Source: Gonapodya sp. JEL0774 (taxonomy: Eukaryota). From it: DNA of 20,000 bases. Every line of letters begins with the position of its first letter. Positions within the stretch are counted from its first letter, which is position 1. The stretch is taken from the NCBI GenBank assembly GCA_027604505.1, contig JADIIX010000124.1, forward strand, positions 46,300 through 66,299. The letters are read 5' to 3'. The notes under the pieces are model-generated. The model made no database searches, was not told where the DNA came from, and worked only from the letters and a program-made list of their open reading frames with translations. Positions 1-15,067 of this stretch are shown here, piece by piece. The translations under genes and the position numbers were made by a program.

Positions 1-1647
1 AGTATGATGATGCCAAGAAGGCCTGGTTTCCGATGGTGAGTTCAACATGCTTTCACATCTTGTTCGTCGTGAATTCGATTCTATATGGTTCCCTCTCGAA
101 GTTCGACGAGTCCCTTCTCGCTGCGCAACAATCTGTCTACTCAGTGGCGGGGGTGAATGAAGAGGAGGTCAATCCAGCACCTCAAAGAAAAGAGAAGAGG
201 AAGGCAGTATTCACGGGCGCGACGATAGATGACCAGGTGCGTGAGCAGAGTGCAAGGGTTTCTTCTCTGTAGTCATTGATGTCTGTGTCTTGACCCATCA
301 GGACACACCGGCCAAGAAGCAAAAACCGGGGAAAGCTCCGCCTCCCATCACCTCCATTTACGTGACCAACTTGCCACACGATACGGACGAGGATGAGGTA
401 AAGGAGTTTTTCACAAAGTGTGGTCTCATTATGACCGACCTTGCGACTGGTATGGTTCTCGGCTGCAGTTTGGGCGTTGCGCTCAATCTCTCAGTGTTTA
501 TTATCTGCGTTATCGCACAGGAAAGCCGCGCATTAAGCTATACCGCAATCCGTCCACGGACCAGTTTAAAGGAGACGCTTTGGTCACTTACTTCAAGGAA
601 GAGTCGGTCGCTCTTGCAATTCAGCTTCTAGACGAGTCAGAGTACCGACTTGGAAAGGGTCCAGTGGTGCGGGTGTCTAAGGCGCAGTTTACACCCAAGG
701 AATCCAAGTTGCACCAGAACAATGGTGACGCCTCAAAAGGGGCGAATGCCAACGCGAATTCGGGAGTTTCGGGAAGTGGACAGCGCTCCAAAGCAGACAA
801 AAAGAAAATCCACCGGACACTGGACCAGCTAAACAAGCAGTTGGGTTGGTACGAGGATGAGACCGGCAAGCGGTCCGAAAAATCACTTAGGATTGTTATA
901 TTAAAGGGGATGTTTACGCAGAAAGAGTTAGAGAGCGATCCCACACTGCTGTTAGATCTCAAAGAGGATGTTCGAGGAGAGTGCGAAAAGTGCGGAGAAG
1001 TGACAAATGTCGTCCTTTTTGACAAAAGTGACGATGGCGTGATGAGTGTCAAGTTCAAGGAGCAGACAGCAGCAGACGCATGTGTGCAGGTGCGTTGCTT
1101 GGGGGCACGAGAGGGAGGGCCTGTAGTTCTCTTGTTCCGTCTTTTCGGAAAGCCGCAAGGCCGGCGTTTCTTCCGCCTATCCCATCCCGACACATCCCAC
1201 ACGTAGCTCATGAACGGTCGTTTTTTTGCGGGCCGTCGCATTCTCGCCGAGTTGTACGACGGGAAAACCAAGTACGAGAACCTGAAGTCCGGCAAAGTGG
1301 AAACTGAAGAGGAGGAGAAGGCTAGGCTTGAGCGGTACACAAGATGGCTCGAGGGTCAAGATGGAAACCAGGACGCCAACAGCTCTGAAAATTTGAATGC
1401 AATGCCAGATGTTCGACGGACCGCCGCAACCCCACCACCGGACACGTCCAGTAGTGAAGCCGAGGAGGACGAACCCACCATCCCCGAAGGAGCGATTATG
1501 TTACCTGGCGGTGGTTGGGCGATACCCCCGAAACCATTCTTGGATGATGAGGAGTCCATCAAGGCACCACAACATCTTGCAGACCTAGCCTGGGGAAAGG
1601 AGGCGGACGAGGATCGCGCTTTAGAGGCTGCAGACGATGATGTGTAG
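1..1647 (+). CDS. CUS2: U2 snRNP-associated splicing factor Cus2/Uap2/HTATSF1 (Tat-SF1) homolog; 5' end lies outside the window
   Basis: Spliced exons <1-35, 102-236, 302-449, 521-1089, 1207-1647 (all GT-AG, phases consistent). RRM1 'TSIYVTNLPHD...FTKCGLIMTDLATGKPRIKLY...FKGDALVTYFKEESVALAIQLLDES' and UHM 'IVILKGMFT...LLLDLKEDVRGECEKCGEVTNVVLFD...ACVQLMNGRFFAGRRI', then 'EEEKARLERY..WLE' and an acidic tail, all typical of Tat-SF1/Cus2. Confidence 0.92.
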
Positions 1648-1772
1648 TGGTTTTGAGTCTATTAGTTTGAATGCAAATTTAGTAAGCTACGAATTGCTGA
1701 ATTTGCACCCTGAGGAGCCTGCAGCACGGCCCGAACTTTTACCCAACACCATCATTGGGTGATTCAGTTGAC

Positions 1773-3862
1773 ATGACCGCCAAACCGCGTGCTCGGGAAG
1801 TTTTCAAAGATCTCAACTACTTTACGGGTAAAACAGGTGAGCATTGCCCCCTCGCAAAGTGATGTGGAGCTCTCAATACCACTTTTCTCATCAAGGTCCC
1901 CATAACGCAATCACCGATGGTACGTTGGTGGGAGGATCTGCTTATAATGGCGTAGTACATACTCAAAACAAAACGATCGCTCGATCGCTTTGCTCAGTAC
2001 CTGGAGTAACCGTGGGATACGCGAATGTGCGGAAGTTTCGGACGACAGCGGATGGGAAGACACCAGACTACAAGCTCCAGTTTGGGGAAGGACCAGCGAT
2101 AACCGGCGTTACCGCAATCCTTCCGCGCCCGAAAGATGAAGCACCGCTTCCCGTCCTGTAAGTTGTCAGAGTCCTCTGTGATGACCATGGCTTCGTAGTG
2201 GAGGAACGAGGTCCGAATACCTCTGACTCACGTGTTGGACAGCGCTGGATTGTTTTCATTCAACGGAAATGGAGAGCTCACTGGATCCCACTGGATTGAA
2301 GAAGCGGGCCAAGTAAGGGACATCCAGTCCCTTTGCCGACCTACAATGTCAATGTTCATGTGTTCACCCTCCGCCAGGCTTTCTGGCCATTTACCATAAC
2401 CAATACTCACTCCGTTGGCAAGTTATAGTGTCTGCACTATGCTTCTTTTCCTTGCTACATTTGCATAAACCTTCCTCAGGTGTGTGTCGAGACACCTCCA
2501 CCAAATGGGTTGTAAAGAACTTCGCCGATAAATTGTGAGTTTTGACACCTCAAGTGGACGTCATTTGCCATGAGCTTATAGCTATGTACTTCAGACCTGA
2601 TGTGTATTGGCACATGCCGGTTGCAGGAGAGGTAATGAACCCGTGGTGACTATCACAGCTCTTTCTGTACTAACCATTATACTTCTGAAACACCAGACGG
2701 TAGGCTTCTTCTTTAAATTTAATCAGAAATGCTTCGTCGACCGGCCTTTTGTCTCCATCTTGCACTCCCTCCGGGCCCCGATTTGTCGCGGATAATTTCA
2801 TCCTTCTTTCACTTTATTGGCTATTGGGTTTCAAGTGGGATGGATGGCTCAGTGATATTAATGGATTTCACGTAAAACCGGAGCATGTTTTCGAAGCAAT
2901 CGACTCAGCAAAAGGTGGCCCAGTCGCGGAGGGTAGCATGGGTGGCGGCTCAGGCATGGTCAATTACGAATTCAAAGGAGGTACAGTTCATCGGAAGCCT
3001 TAATCGCAGTGAGGTTTTTCGTACTCTTAGTGTCACGTGTGATTAAATTCAGGTAGTGGGACTTCATCTCGAGTCGTCGATCTTGGTTCTGCGGGAGTGT
3101 TTACAGGTAAGTCAATCAAACCGAAGGAGGCTCTTCCTGCTCGCATTTCATTAAATCATACGGATCTTTAGTCGGTGTCTTTGTCCAAGCAAACTTCGGT
3201 CGCCGGGAACAACTCGTAATTGCGGGAGTCCCCGTCGGCAAAAAGTTCCCTTTAACTGGTGACGCCAACCCATACTCGGTTCCCAAGCCGAACCCGAAGA
3301 CAGAGCTTGGAGTTGAACTTGGCCCTCGTGGGAACGGGTCAATCATTGCCATATTGGCAACAGATGCCCCGTTGGTGAGCATAAGTAGAATTGAAATGCT
3401 TCACAAGATGCATCCTCACCTCTTTCTACAGGTGCCTCACCAGCTCAAGAGACTGGCTCGTCGAATTCCGATGGGTATAGCTCGAACTGGAACCTCTGGG
3501 GATCATGGGAGTGGTGATATGTGAGACTTCCAACGTCATTTTCAATCTGCGAAGTTTATTCAGCGAAGTGTCTCCGTGCCTCATGCCCCTACTCCAAAAG
3601 CTTTCTTGCATTTACTACGGCAAACAAAGAAGCGTTGGCATCAGATACGGAAGATCCCCAAGTTGTGAACATGAAGGTGCTTCCAGACAAATTCATCAAC
3701 CCCATGTTTGAGGCAGTTGCGGAGGTCGTTGAGGAAGCCATTCTGAACGTGCTTTGCGCTGGGGAGACCACCACTGGACGTGATGGTCACGTTGTACCTG
3801 CATTACCCATAGACAGCGTCTTGCAGTATATGAAGTCCATTGGGCGCGACCAGTGGAAATAG
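1773..3862 (+). CDS. dmpA: DmpA-type L-aminopeptidase/D-esterase (peptidase family S58/P1), about 401 aa, 13 exons
   Basis: Exons 1773-1836, 1896-1919, 1998-2157, 2243-2312, 2378-2417, 2480-2534, 2595-2631, 2697-2699, 2836-2980, 3053-3106, 3172-3374, 3432-3520, 3601-3862 sum to 1206 nt in one open frame. Family motifs: PRARE, GPHNAITDVPGVTVG, TGVTAILPR, FNGNGELTGSHWIEE, TNTHSVG, PVAGETWDGWLSDING, EGSMGGGSGM, FKGGSGTSSRVV, VQANFG, autocleavage site GNG/SII-ATDAPL, QLKRLARR, GSGDIFLAFTTAN, EEAILN. Confidence 0.9.
2668..2674 (+). other. Perfect TACTAAC branch-point sequence upstream of the DmpA micro-exon acceptor
   Basis: TACTAAC at 2668-2674, about 20 nt before CAG (2694-2696) in intron 2632-2696. 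Confidence 0.8.
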
Positions 3863-3902
3863 AAAATGCAATCTATTTTGATAGGATCTATCGCACTAAG
3901 AT

Positions 3903-5964
3903 CTAAGCGTTGTATGTGGATGCTGCAACCCTGCCTCCCCGTCCGGTCCAGTTCGTGTGGAGCCACTCCCCTTTGGGTCCATCCTTCTCCAACTGGTAAG
4001 TATGAGCTCCGAAATAATCACGTTGAGCCTGAAGTAGGTTGGCCGGCAGTTTGGCGGCTCGATAGCCGTCGAAAAAGCTCAGGGCGGTGGAATACGCTGG
4101 AACAGGGATACCCCACAACGACGCCTGTGCAACAACGCGACGGAATGACCCTGCACATCTGTTTCCAAAATTCACTTTTCAAGTTCAAAGAATCACATGT
4201 GTAAGCTTTTCAACACAGACCTTAAGACTGTCTTGGTGAAAAAAGGATCCAGCAAAAGGTTTTCCAGGTTAGGGTTCGCGGTGAAAGCTTGGTGAATGTC
4301 CTTGAGGAAAGCACTGACAACCCAATGTCCACACCCCATTGATTTCATTAGCGATTCAAATACCGAGTATCTCAGGCGCAAGTTCGACTCACCTTCGGAT
4401 GATGCAACCGCCGCGCCACATGAGTGCAATACCGCCGTAATTGAGATTCCACTTGTTCACTTGGGCGGCTTCACGCAGAAGCATGAAGCCCTGGGCATAC
4501 GAGATAATTTTAGCTGCGTACATAGCCTTATTTTGCAATAGTAACGAGGACATCAAATATCGGTATTGGAAATTAAGGCGGGCTCAACGGCATCTAACGT
4601 CCTCACCTGTCTCACATCCTCAATGAACTCCTTCTTGCTCTTCGAGACAACAAGATCACGCTTCCCGACACCAGCGTCGGTTAGAATGGCAGACGCACGA
4701 ACGCGCTCCTCTTTGAGGGATGAGAGACACCGAGCAAACACCGCCTCCCCTATGAGCGTCACGGGCATGCCAAAATCTAAGGCATCAATCGCAGTCCACT
4801 TTCCAGTGCCTTTTTGACCAGCGGCATCTCGAATGGACTCAACAAGAGGAGTGGAAGCACCTGGCTCCTTGTATCTGTATGCCGTGGTGACATCACCATC
4901 GCGACATCGATAATTTCTAAATATGCGACCACTAACCGCAAAATTTCCGAAGTAATTTGAATCAAAAATGAGTCCAATTCACCCTTGTTCCATTCCTCGA
5001 ACGTCGCTGCCAGCTCGTCCGCAGAAAGTCCGAGGCCGTTCTTCAGGGTATCATAGGCTTCGGCGATAATCTGACCGATGTACAGTGTCATGCCACAAAT
5101 ACCGTCTTGAATACCTGTGTATAGGGTGTCTCACCTGCATGTCACCATATTCGATTCCGTTGTGAACCATCTTCACATAGTGACCAGAACCCGTTTCTCC
5201 GACCCAGTCACAGCAAGGCTCCCCTTCGGAAGTCTTTGCTGCAATGTCCTGGAAGATGTTCTTGATGTGTGGCCAGGCGGCGGGTGATCCACCGGGCATG
5301 AGCGATGGCCCCAGGCGTGCTCCTTCTTCACCACCGGAGACGCCTGAGCCGACAAAGAGAAGGCCTTTCGCTTCCAGTTCTTTGGTGCGCCGGATAGAGT
5401 CGGGATAGTGAGAGTTACCACCGTCAATGACGATGTCACCCTGATGGGACCGATTGGTGGCGAGTGAAGGATAGATGGAGGAGACTGGTTCTCACCTTTT
5501 CCAAGAATGGCTCCAACTGCGCAATGAATTGGTCGACGGCCGAGCCAGCCTTGACGAGAAGAATAATCTTGCGGGGGCGTTTGAGCTTGGCGCAAAATTC
5601 TTGAATAGAATGAGCACCAATGACCTTAGTTCCTGGTGTGCGCGAGTGTGTCAGGTAAGTCATGAAGCGTCATTTCAACAGGTACCTAAAAGAAGCTCCT
5701 ACCCTTGGCTTCGTTCGCGAGGAATTCATCCACTTTGGAAGTGGTGCGGTTGTAAGCGCACACTACATATCCATGATCGTTCATGTTGAGGACTAAATTT
5801 TGTCCCTAAAATCATCATTGTCGAAAGTGAACACAGTCGGATGCAAAAATGAAATCAAAGGGGCTCGGAGCACTCACCATAACCGCCAGACCAATGAGGC
5901 CGACATCCGCCGTGGGAGTGATGAGGTGTGAGGCTACTTGTGCTGCTCTCTTGCTGCATGGCAT
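3903..5964 (-). CDS. GND1: 6-phosphogluconate dehydrogenase, decarboxylating (about 505 aa, 9 exons)
   Basis: Exons 5964-5878, 5805-5703, 5632-5496, 5440-5135, 5070-4937, 4874-4607, 4526-4393, 4313-4221, 4158-3903. Motifs [99 protein letters not shown]. Start at 5964 is the nearest in-frame ATG; I see no usable acceptor between it and the core. Confidence 0.96.
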
Positions 5965-6815
5965 TTGGTGATTGAAAAAGAAAAGACGGAAGGGTGAAAC
6001 CGAGGACTCAAACAGGCGGGCTTCGGACCAAAGCGTTGTGGTCTCTTTGGTCTTTAGTTCTAAACGGACCACCCAGCTCAACTGCTCATCGACTCATCAT
6101 TTTGACCATCCCGACCGTCGCGTTCGAGCCTTGCGGATATCTTTCACAAGCATCGGACTGAGAGTTCCTCAGATGAAGATGTTTTCGGTCCCTGGTTGTT
6201 TCCTAGGCTAATTTGTCTCCCTTTCCATGTCGGGGGTTGTTCCGATCACATCAGCAACTGTGGACTTACGCTGCAGACATTAGAGTGTATCAAGAAGGCA
6301 GGAAGACAAAAATGGAGGGGATGTGAAGCTCAGGCGAGAGCACGCAAAGATTGAGAAGAATCAGGGGATCGGATTTTCAAGTCGGAATCCCAACTGCCCC
6401 GCGGCCTTTCCGGAACCGAATGATCTCAAAAAACATCCACTCAACAAAGCACACACTCATAAACTACATAACCCTAAAGTGGGCTGGCGATTGAAGTGAA
6501 TCAGAAAAGATTCGTGGATGGAGGTTGCGACCTTTGTGATAAACAGTTCGCTACAATTAATTTGTGCCTTGCTGTGCTGCTGCTGGTGCATCTTTGGCCG
6601 CAGGCAACTATTTCTTCCAACAAACCGAAGAGCATCACCCAGTTTCTCGTGCGCTCGCCGTCAGCGCCGTAGCTCTTATTTGATTGCAACTGCTTCTTTG
6701 CAGCTTCGGATCTATTCGCGCGCTCGCGTCAGCTCTTCGCTTCAGAGCGTGGTTCGAAATACTCGCCCATTCCTGAGACATCTATCTGTTTATCTCAGGA
6801 AAAGTCGATCAAATT

Positions 6816-8343
<1,528 letters not shown>

Positions 8344-8365
8344 AATGATAGTATTGTACATATCC

Positions 8366-8380
8366 AAAAAAAAAAAAAAA
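8366..8380 (+). repeat. A15 homopolymer in the 72-nt gap between the convergent SUP45 and zinc-finger genes
   Basis: 15 consecutive A read directly from the sequence. Confidence 0.9.
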
Positions 8381-8415
8381 TTTGAGAACACTGAAGCTAC
8401 CTAGGTTCCATTTGC

Positions 8416-11055
<2,640 letters not shown>

Positions 11056-11546
11056 CTGGCCATTGCGCGAAACGCAATGCCGTCGACCGCAGGGTCCAGA
11101 GGGACAGTGCGCGCACAGTGTGAATCAATTCCGTTTAGGCAAGAGAAGACAAGGAGAAAGGAGGCCAGTCAGTGAGATTTCGTGATGGGCTTCCGCAAGA
11201 AGCGGATGTGCGCAGCATCAAGTCCTCGCAACTCTCTGGCCCGGACCAATGCCAAACCATCAAATCTGCGGTCCTGCCCCGGAACTGCACATCGAGCTTA
11301 CATCAGACGGGAGACCTGACTCGGAAAGAGACATGGTAGTCGATTTCTGGTCAGAAACAACAGGGGAATTGTCCTCGGTCAGGAAGAAAAGCGTGTTCCG
11401 ATACGGTCACGTGACCGCTTCGCCACACTGGAAAAGTTGGAGCTGCAAATTGTTGTTTCGACAAAAAGTACATACAAACAGAGCCTTGTTCTGCGTGTCC
11501 AATGAATATTCTGTACATCGTGACGGAGTTAGAAGCCCTCCCTGGT

Positions 11547-14234
11547 TCACTTTCTGCCCGCCCCCAATCCCAATCCACCTATCCTCCCCATTGCGCCCAT
11601 CGCGGCAGAAATGCCAGGGCCCTGAATGTCCCTTGCGCCCGCAAACGCCATTTGTCCTGGTTGCGGTGCTCCATTCGGACCTGCTCCTCCGGATCCTACA
11701 CCAGTCCCCGAAGTTGGAAGCCCCTTCCATCTGAACTCCGCCAGAACCGGTATATGATCGCTAGGGTGATGCCAATTGGGGAAGCCCACACATCGATCCA
11801 CGTATGCGGGGTCCACGTTGCCAAGCACACCAGCTACCTGCAAACTGCTGCTTGTATACCAGATGTAGTCGATCGCGTCCTTGAAATGGGGAGTGAAGTT
11901 TGTGAAACTGAGTTCCGCCATATGAGCATACGCTGATTTAATCCCTAAGGTGTGCGTGACCGGCCCTTCTGTGTTGTAGTATGAATGCGACAAAAAGTCT
12001 TCGTGGTCAGGTGCGATGCTTCCTTTTGACATGAACTCATAAACACCGGAGTCCGGTGTCGAGTTCAGATCCCCCACAATCAGTAGGGGTAACTTTGATG
12101 AATTTGCACTGTACATGGCGTGCAGGGGATGTCGAGGGTTGAGCGACGCATAGGTTCTCGATATTCGCTGGACTTCATCGATGAGCATAGAGGTTTGGAG
12201 AAGTTTTACATCTCGGAATCTAGTCAGTCCATAGCCAGCCAAATGAGTACAGTGCAGAGAATTCCGAAAGCAATGTTTAAGTTTTCCGCTCTTGACTCAC
12301 TGCGGATCCCAATGTAGGTGTGTATTTGCTACGATAACTCTCGCGTGAGTCTCCTTGCTCTCAAGGAAGACAATGGTAGCAATGTTGTCTCGTAGAGTTA
12401 CCCGGTTGAACAGGTCGTCAGTTTTACGGAATTCTGGACGCTCCATCGGCAATCGTTGGAATTCGATTACATTCTTTTCGATGGCAGCAAACCTGGTGGT
12501 TGGAGGAGTGGTGAAGTCCGTCCGATTTCATATTCAATTACTGGCGAAAACCCGCTTCGCGAGGTCCTACTAACCTTGCCGACTTCCAAAATGTCGCACA
12601 GCCATCCACATACTTGCGTTCGTAATCAGCCATAACGCGAATACGTGACTTTGGGTAGAAAGTTCCATCATACCCGTGCTCCCGGAGCTCCGGCTGGAAG
12701 AAATCATCGAATTGTCCATATTCAATTTCCTGTGTACCATGCGATAGGTACAAACACGAAAGTGGAAAGTGTTGTGCGGAGAAATGAGGCACAGAATTCA
12801 GTAAGAACAAAATATTGATCAGGTGACGCACACACTTTCAAAGAAGACCATGACAAACCTGGAGGCAAAGAATATCTGCATTATATCCAACAATTTCTTG
12901 AATAAGATTCTGCCTCCTGAACTCCCAACTGAGTGCCCACGAGGGCACATACTGATAAGACGAACTTGTGGCGTACCGCTCGCAGAGCACATTGTAGGTG
13001 AGAACTGTGAAAGAGTCTGGTGGGAGAGTAGCGCAATCGGTGTGATATCTAGTTAAGTGACATGGACCTGGAAACGCCATTCCTCCCAACAGACGTAGAC
13101 TCACCCGTCGTCATACCAGTGTCATCTTCAACATAAACCCACTCCCGCTCTGGGGGCGGCGCGATGGCTGAAATTTGTACATGAAGGGAGTAAAATTCAG
13201 TTTATTACTAGAGTAAGTTGCCTCCGTACTGGGTTGATTTGAGGCCAAAACATCCACGAACCGGGGCAGTTGTCCCGCAGATAAGACGTGACAGCGGGAG
13301 TTCCCTCTTTTTGCATAATGGAAAGTAGAGGTTCTTGTATTGGGTTGCCTTCAAGCCCAAGGTTCTCGAGTTGGTACAAAAATCCAAGCTCTGGAGGCAA
13401 AGTCGCAATCTGATTGTCGAAGGCCAGGAGCTCCTTCAAGCTCACAACAAGCCCGAGTTCAGGGGGGAGTGTTGTTAGCTTGTTTCCACTGACGTCAAGT
13501 TGAACGAGACTCCGAAGGTTGGAGATTTGCGGGGGCAGGGAGGATAGGCTGTTGTGGTTGATGTACAGAACGGACAAGAACGTGTATCGAAACAGCTCCC
13601 TGGACAGATTGCGAATGGCCATGCCCCCTAAATCCAGCGTAGTCCATTGCGACGCCTTTGTATCATCTCCCAAGGCGACATTGTTCTGGGAGCTGTTGGC
13701 TGACCCCGACGCTGGAGTTTGGCTTTGTATCGGAGTTCCACTCCCCCGAAAACTGCCTTGCGACGACGCCGCCCTCGCTTGCACCAGACTAGGCGTCCCG
13801 TAGCGAGGACCTGGTGTGCTGCTCCCCCCATTCTCCAAAACCGATCCTCCGAATGGGGACGAGAAATCGTTGGCTTTGATTCCCAAATTCACTGCAGTCC
13901 TGGAAATTCGTGAGTGATGATGTGGTGCTGCAGATTGGCGGGAGGCTTGTGCTTGTTCGAGCTGACGTGTTATGTGAGGGGCGTTTACAACGTTTCCGCC
14001 GTTGATTGTCGAGAGGGAAGGGATTGGCGCGGGAGAAGGGACGGAAGGAGACTGCTGGGAGGTCAAATACGGATTTTGTGGGCCCAACTTCCCAGGCTGC
14101 ACTTGATAGCGGCTCTGAAACCCATACATGTTTGGGTCGGGTGGTGTGTTCTGTACATGTGCTGCCTGCTGTTCATCGCCACCTCCAACAAACTGAGAAG
14201 ATTCAGTCCACTTGGAACTGTCAATATTATACAT
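11547..14234 (-). CDS. CCR4: Ccr4 poly(A) deadenylase of the CCR4-NOT complex (LRR + EEP nuclease)
   Basis: Exons 14234 (or 14366)-13262, 13167-13105, 13016-12859, 12729-12575, 12492-12301, 12219-11547. Fungal 'SRQSAAPHHHSR', LRRs (WTTLDLGGMAIRNLSRELFRYTFLSVLYINHNSL...LGLEGNPI), PPPEREW, FTVLTYNVLC, ADILCLQE, VDGCATFW, NTHLHWDP, DVKLLQ, GDLNSTPDSGVY, FTNFTPHFKDAIDYIW, PSDH. Start codon ambiguous. Confidence 0.94.
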
Positions 14235-14386
14235 AGCGTAATGTGCATTTACTAAATTTTTTGCCCCTGGCAGCACAGTCAGGGAGTGTGCATATTGATG
14301 TGGATGCCAAATAGGTCCTTCCCCATCACCATACCTGTCATTGTGGGGTCGGCTTTTCTCCTGCATCCCATCCTCAAGCGATAGCG

Positions 14387-15067
14387 ATGGTGAGATCGCC
14401 AACTCGCATCACTATCCAACGCTATTTCGCCTTATCAGTCTTGTTTCTTCATCACGACTCGTTCCCACCGTGATCTGTCAATTTGGAATCATCGTCATCT
14501 TCTTTTAGAGACTCATCACCCACAATATGCTTCAATGTCACGCAAAAGGATGCACGAAGGATAACTTTCCTTTACGAATCGTGGATGCGGAACTTGAAAA
14601 TGCTGATGCAGACTTTAACCCGCAATTTCTTCGGAGGATGTTGGACAAGATTGAGTGGACCGCGCTCGTTCAGACGTCGTTTGCGGTAAGTGCTGTCGTA
14701 ACTCAGCGCAAAATCTATTTTTCTTCTTCATATACCCTCTCTTCGCTATAAGCTTGGCGTCGCTAAACTTCCCGAAGCGTTGCCAACTAATGTGGACGAT
14801 CAGGAGTTCTTGCAAACAATTCATCACGTTCTGATGGAGGTGAGAACATTTTGCCGTTTAAAACGCTACGCTCTGATGGATAAGTAATAGTTTTGCTCAG
14901 ACAAGAGTTAAGGAAGGGCAGATGGTCTGCAATGGGTGTGGTCACATTTACCCAATAAGGGTGAGCCGATCTTTGACGATAATACGCTGACCAACAATTG
15001 AAGAGATATTTGTACGCTCGTACAGGAAGGGATACCGAACATGCTCCTTCAAGAGACTGAAGTTTAG
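14387..15067 (+). CDS. TRM112: Multifunctional methyltransferase activator subunit Trm112
   Basis: Exons 14387-14389 (ATG only, then GTGAGA), 14509-14685, 14753-14839, 14901-14960, 15026-15067 give MRLITHNMLQCHAKGC...FPLRI...FNPQFLRRMLDKIEW...HHVLMETRVKEGQMVCNGCGHIYPIREGIPNMLLQETEV*. Confidence 0.93.

Noticed and set aside
621..1340. Long antisense ORFs (621-1340, 7768-8391, 9322-9774, 17658-18131, 18697-19218 and others)
   Set aside because: They shadow well-supported coding exons on the other strand and have no recognisable motifs.
2632..2835. Stwintron (intron nested in a splice signal) as an alternative to the micro-exon
   Set aside because: The three bases between acceptor and donor encode a residue required by the family motif, so an exon is the simpler reading.
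3888..3905. Stop-codon readthrough creating a cryptic PTS1 on Gnd1
   Set aside because: The context is TAG-ATC rather than TGA-CTA, and the extension (ILVR*) does not end in an SKL-like tripeptide.
6000..6100. ATGATGA on the minus strand (6100-6094) resembling a snoRNA C box
   Set aside because: No CTGA D box at a suitable distance and no terminal stem.
6745..6772. GGTTCGAAAT resembling a tRNA T-loop / Pol III B-box
   Set aside because: The flanks do not form a T-stem, and I find no acceptor stem, D-arm or anticodon arm.
11249..11936. Overlapping ORFs at the CCR4 3' end and the TF promoter
   Set aside because: No domain features and unusual composition; most likely chance frames.
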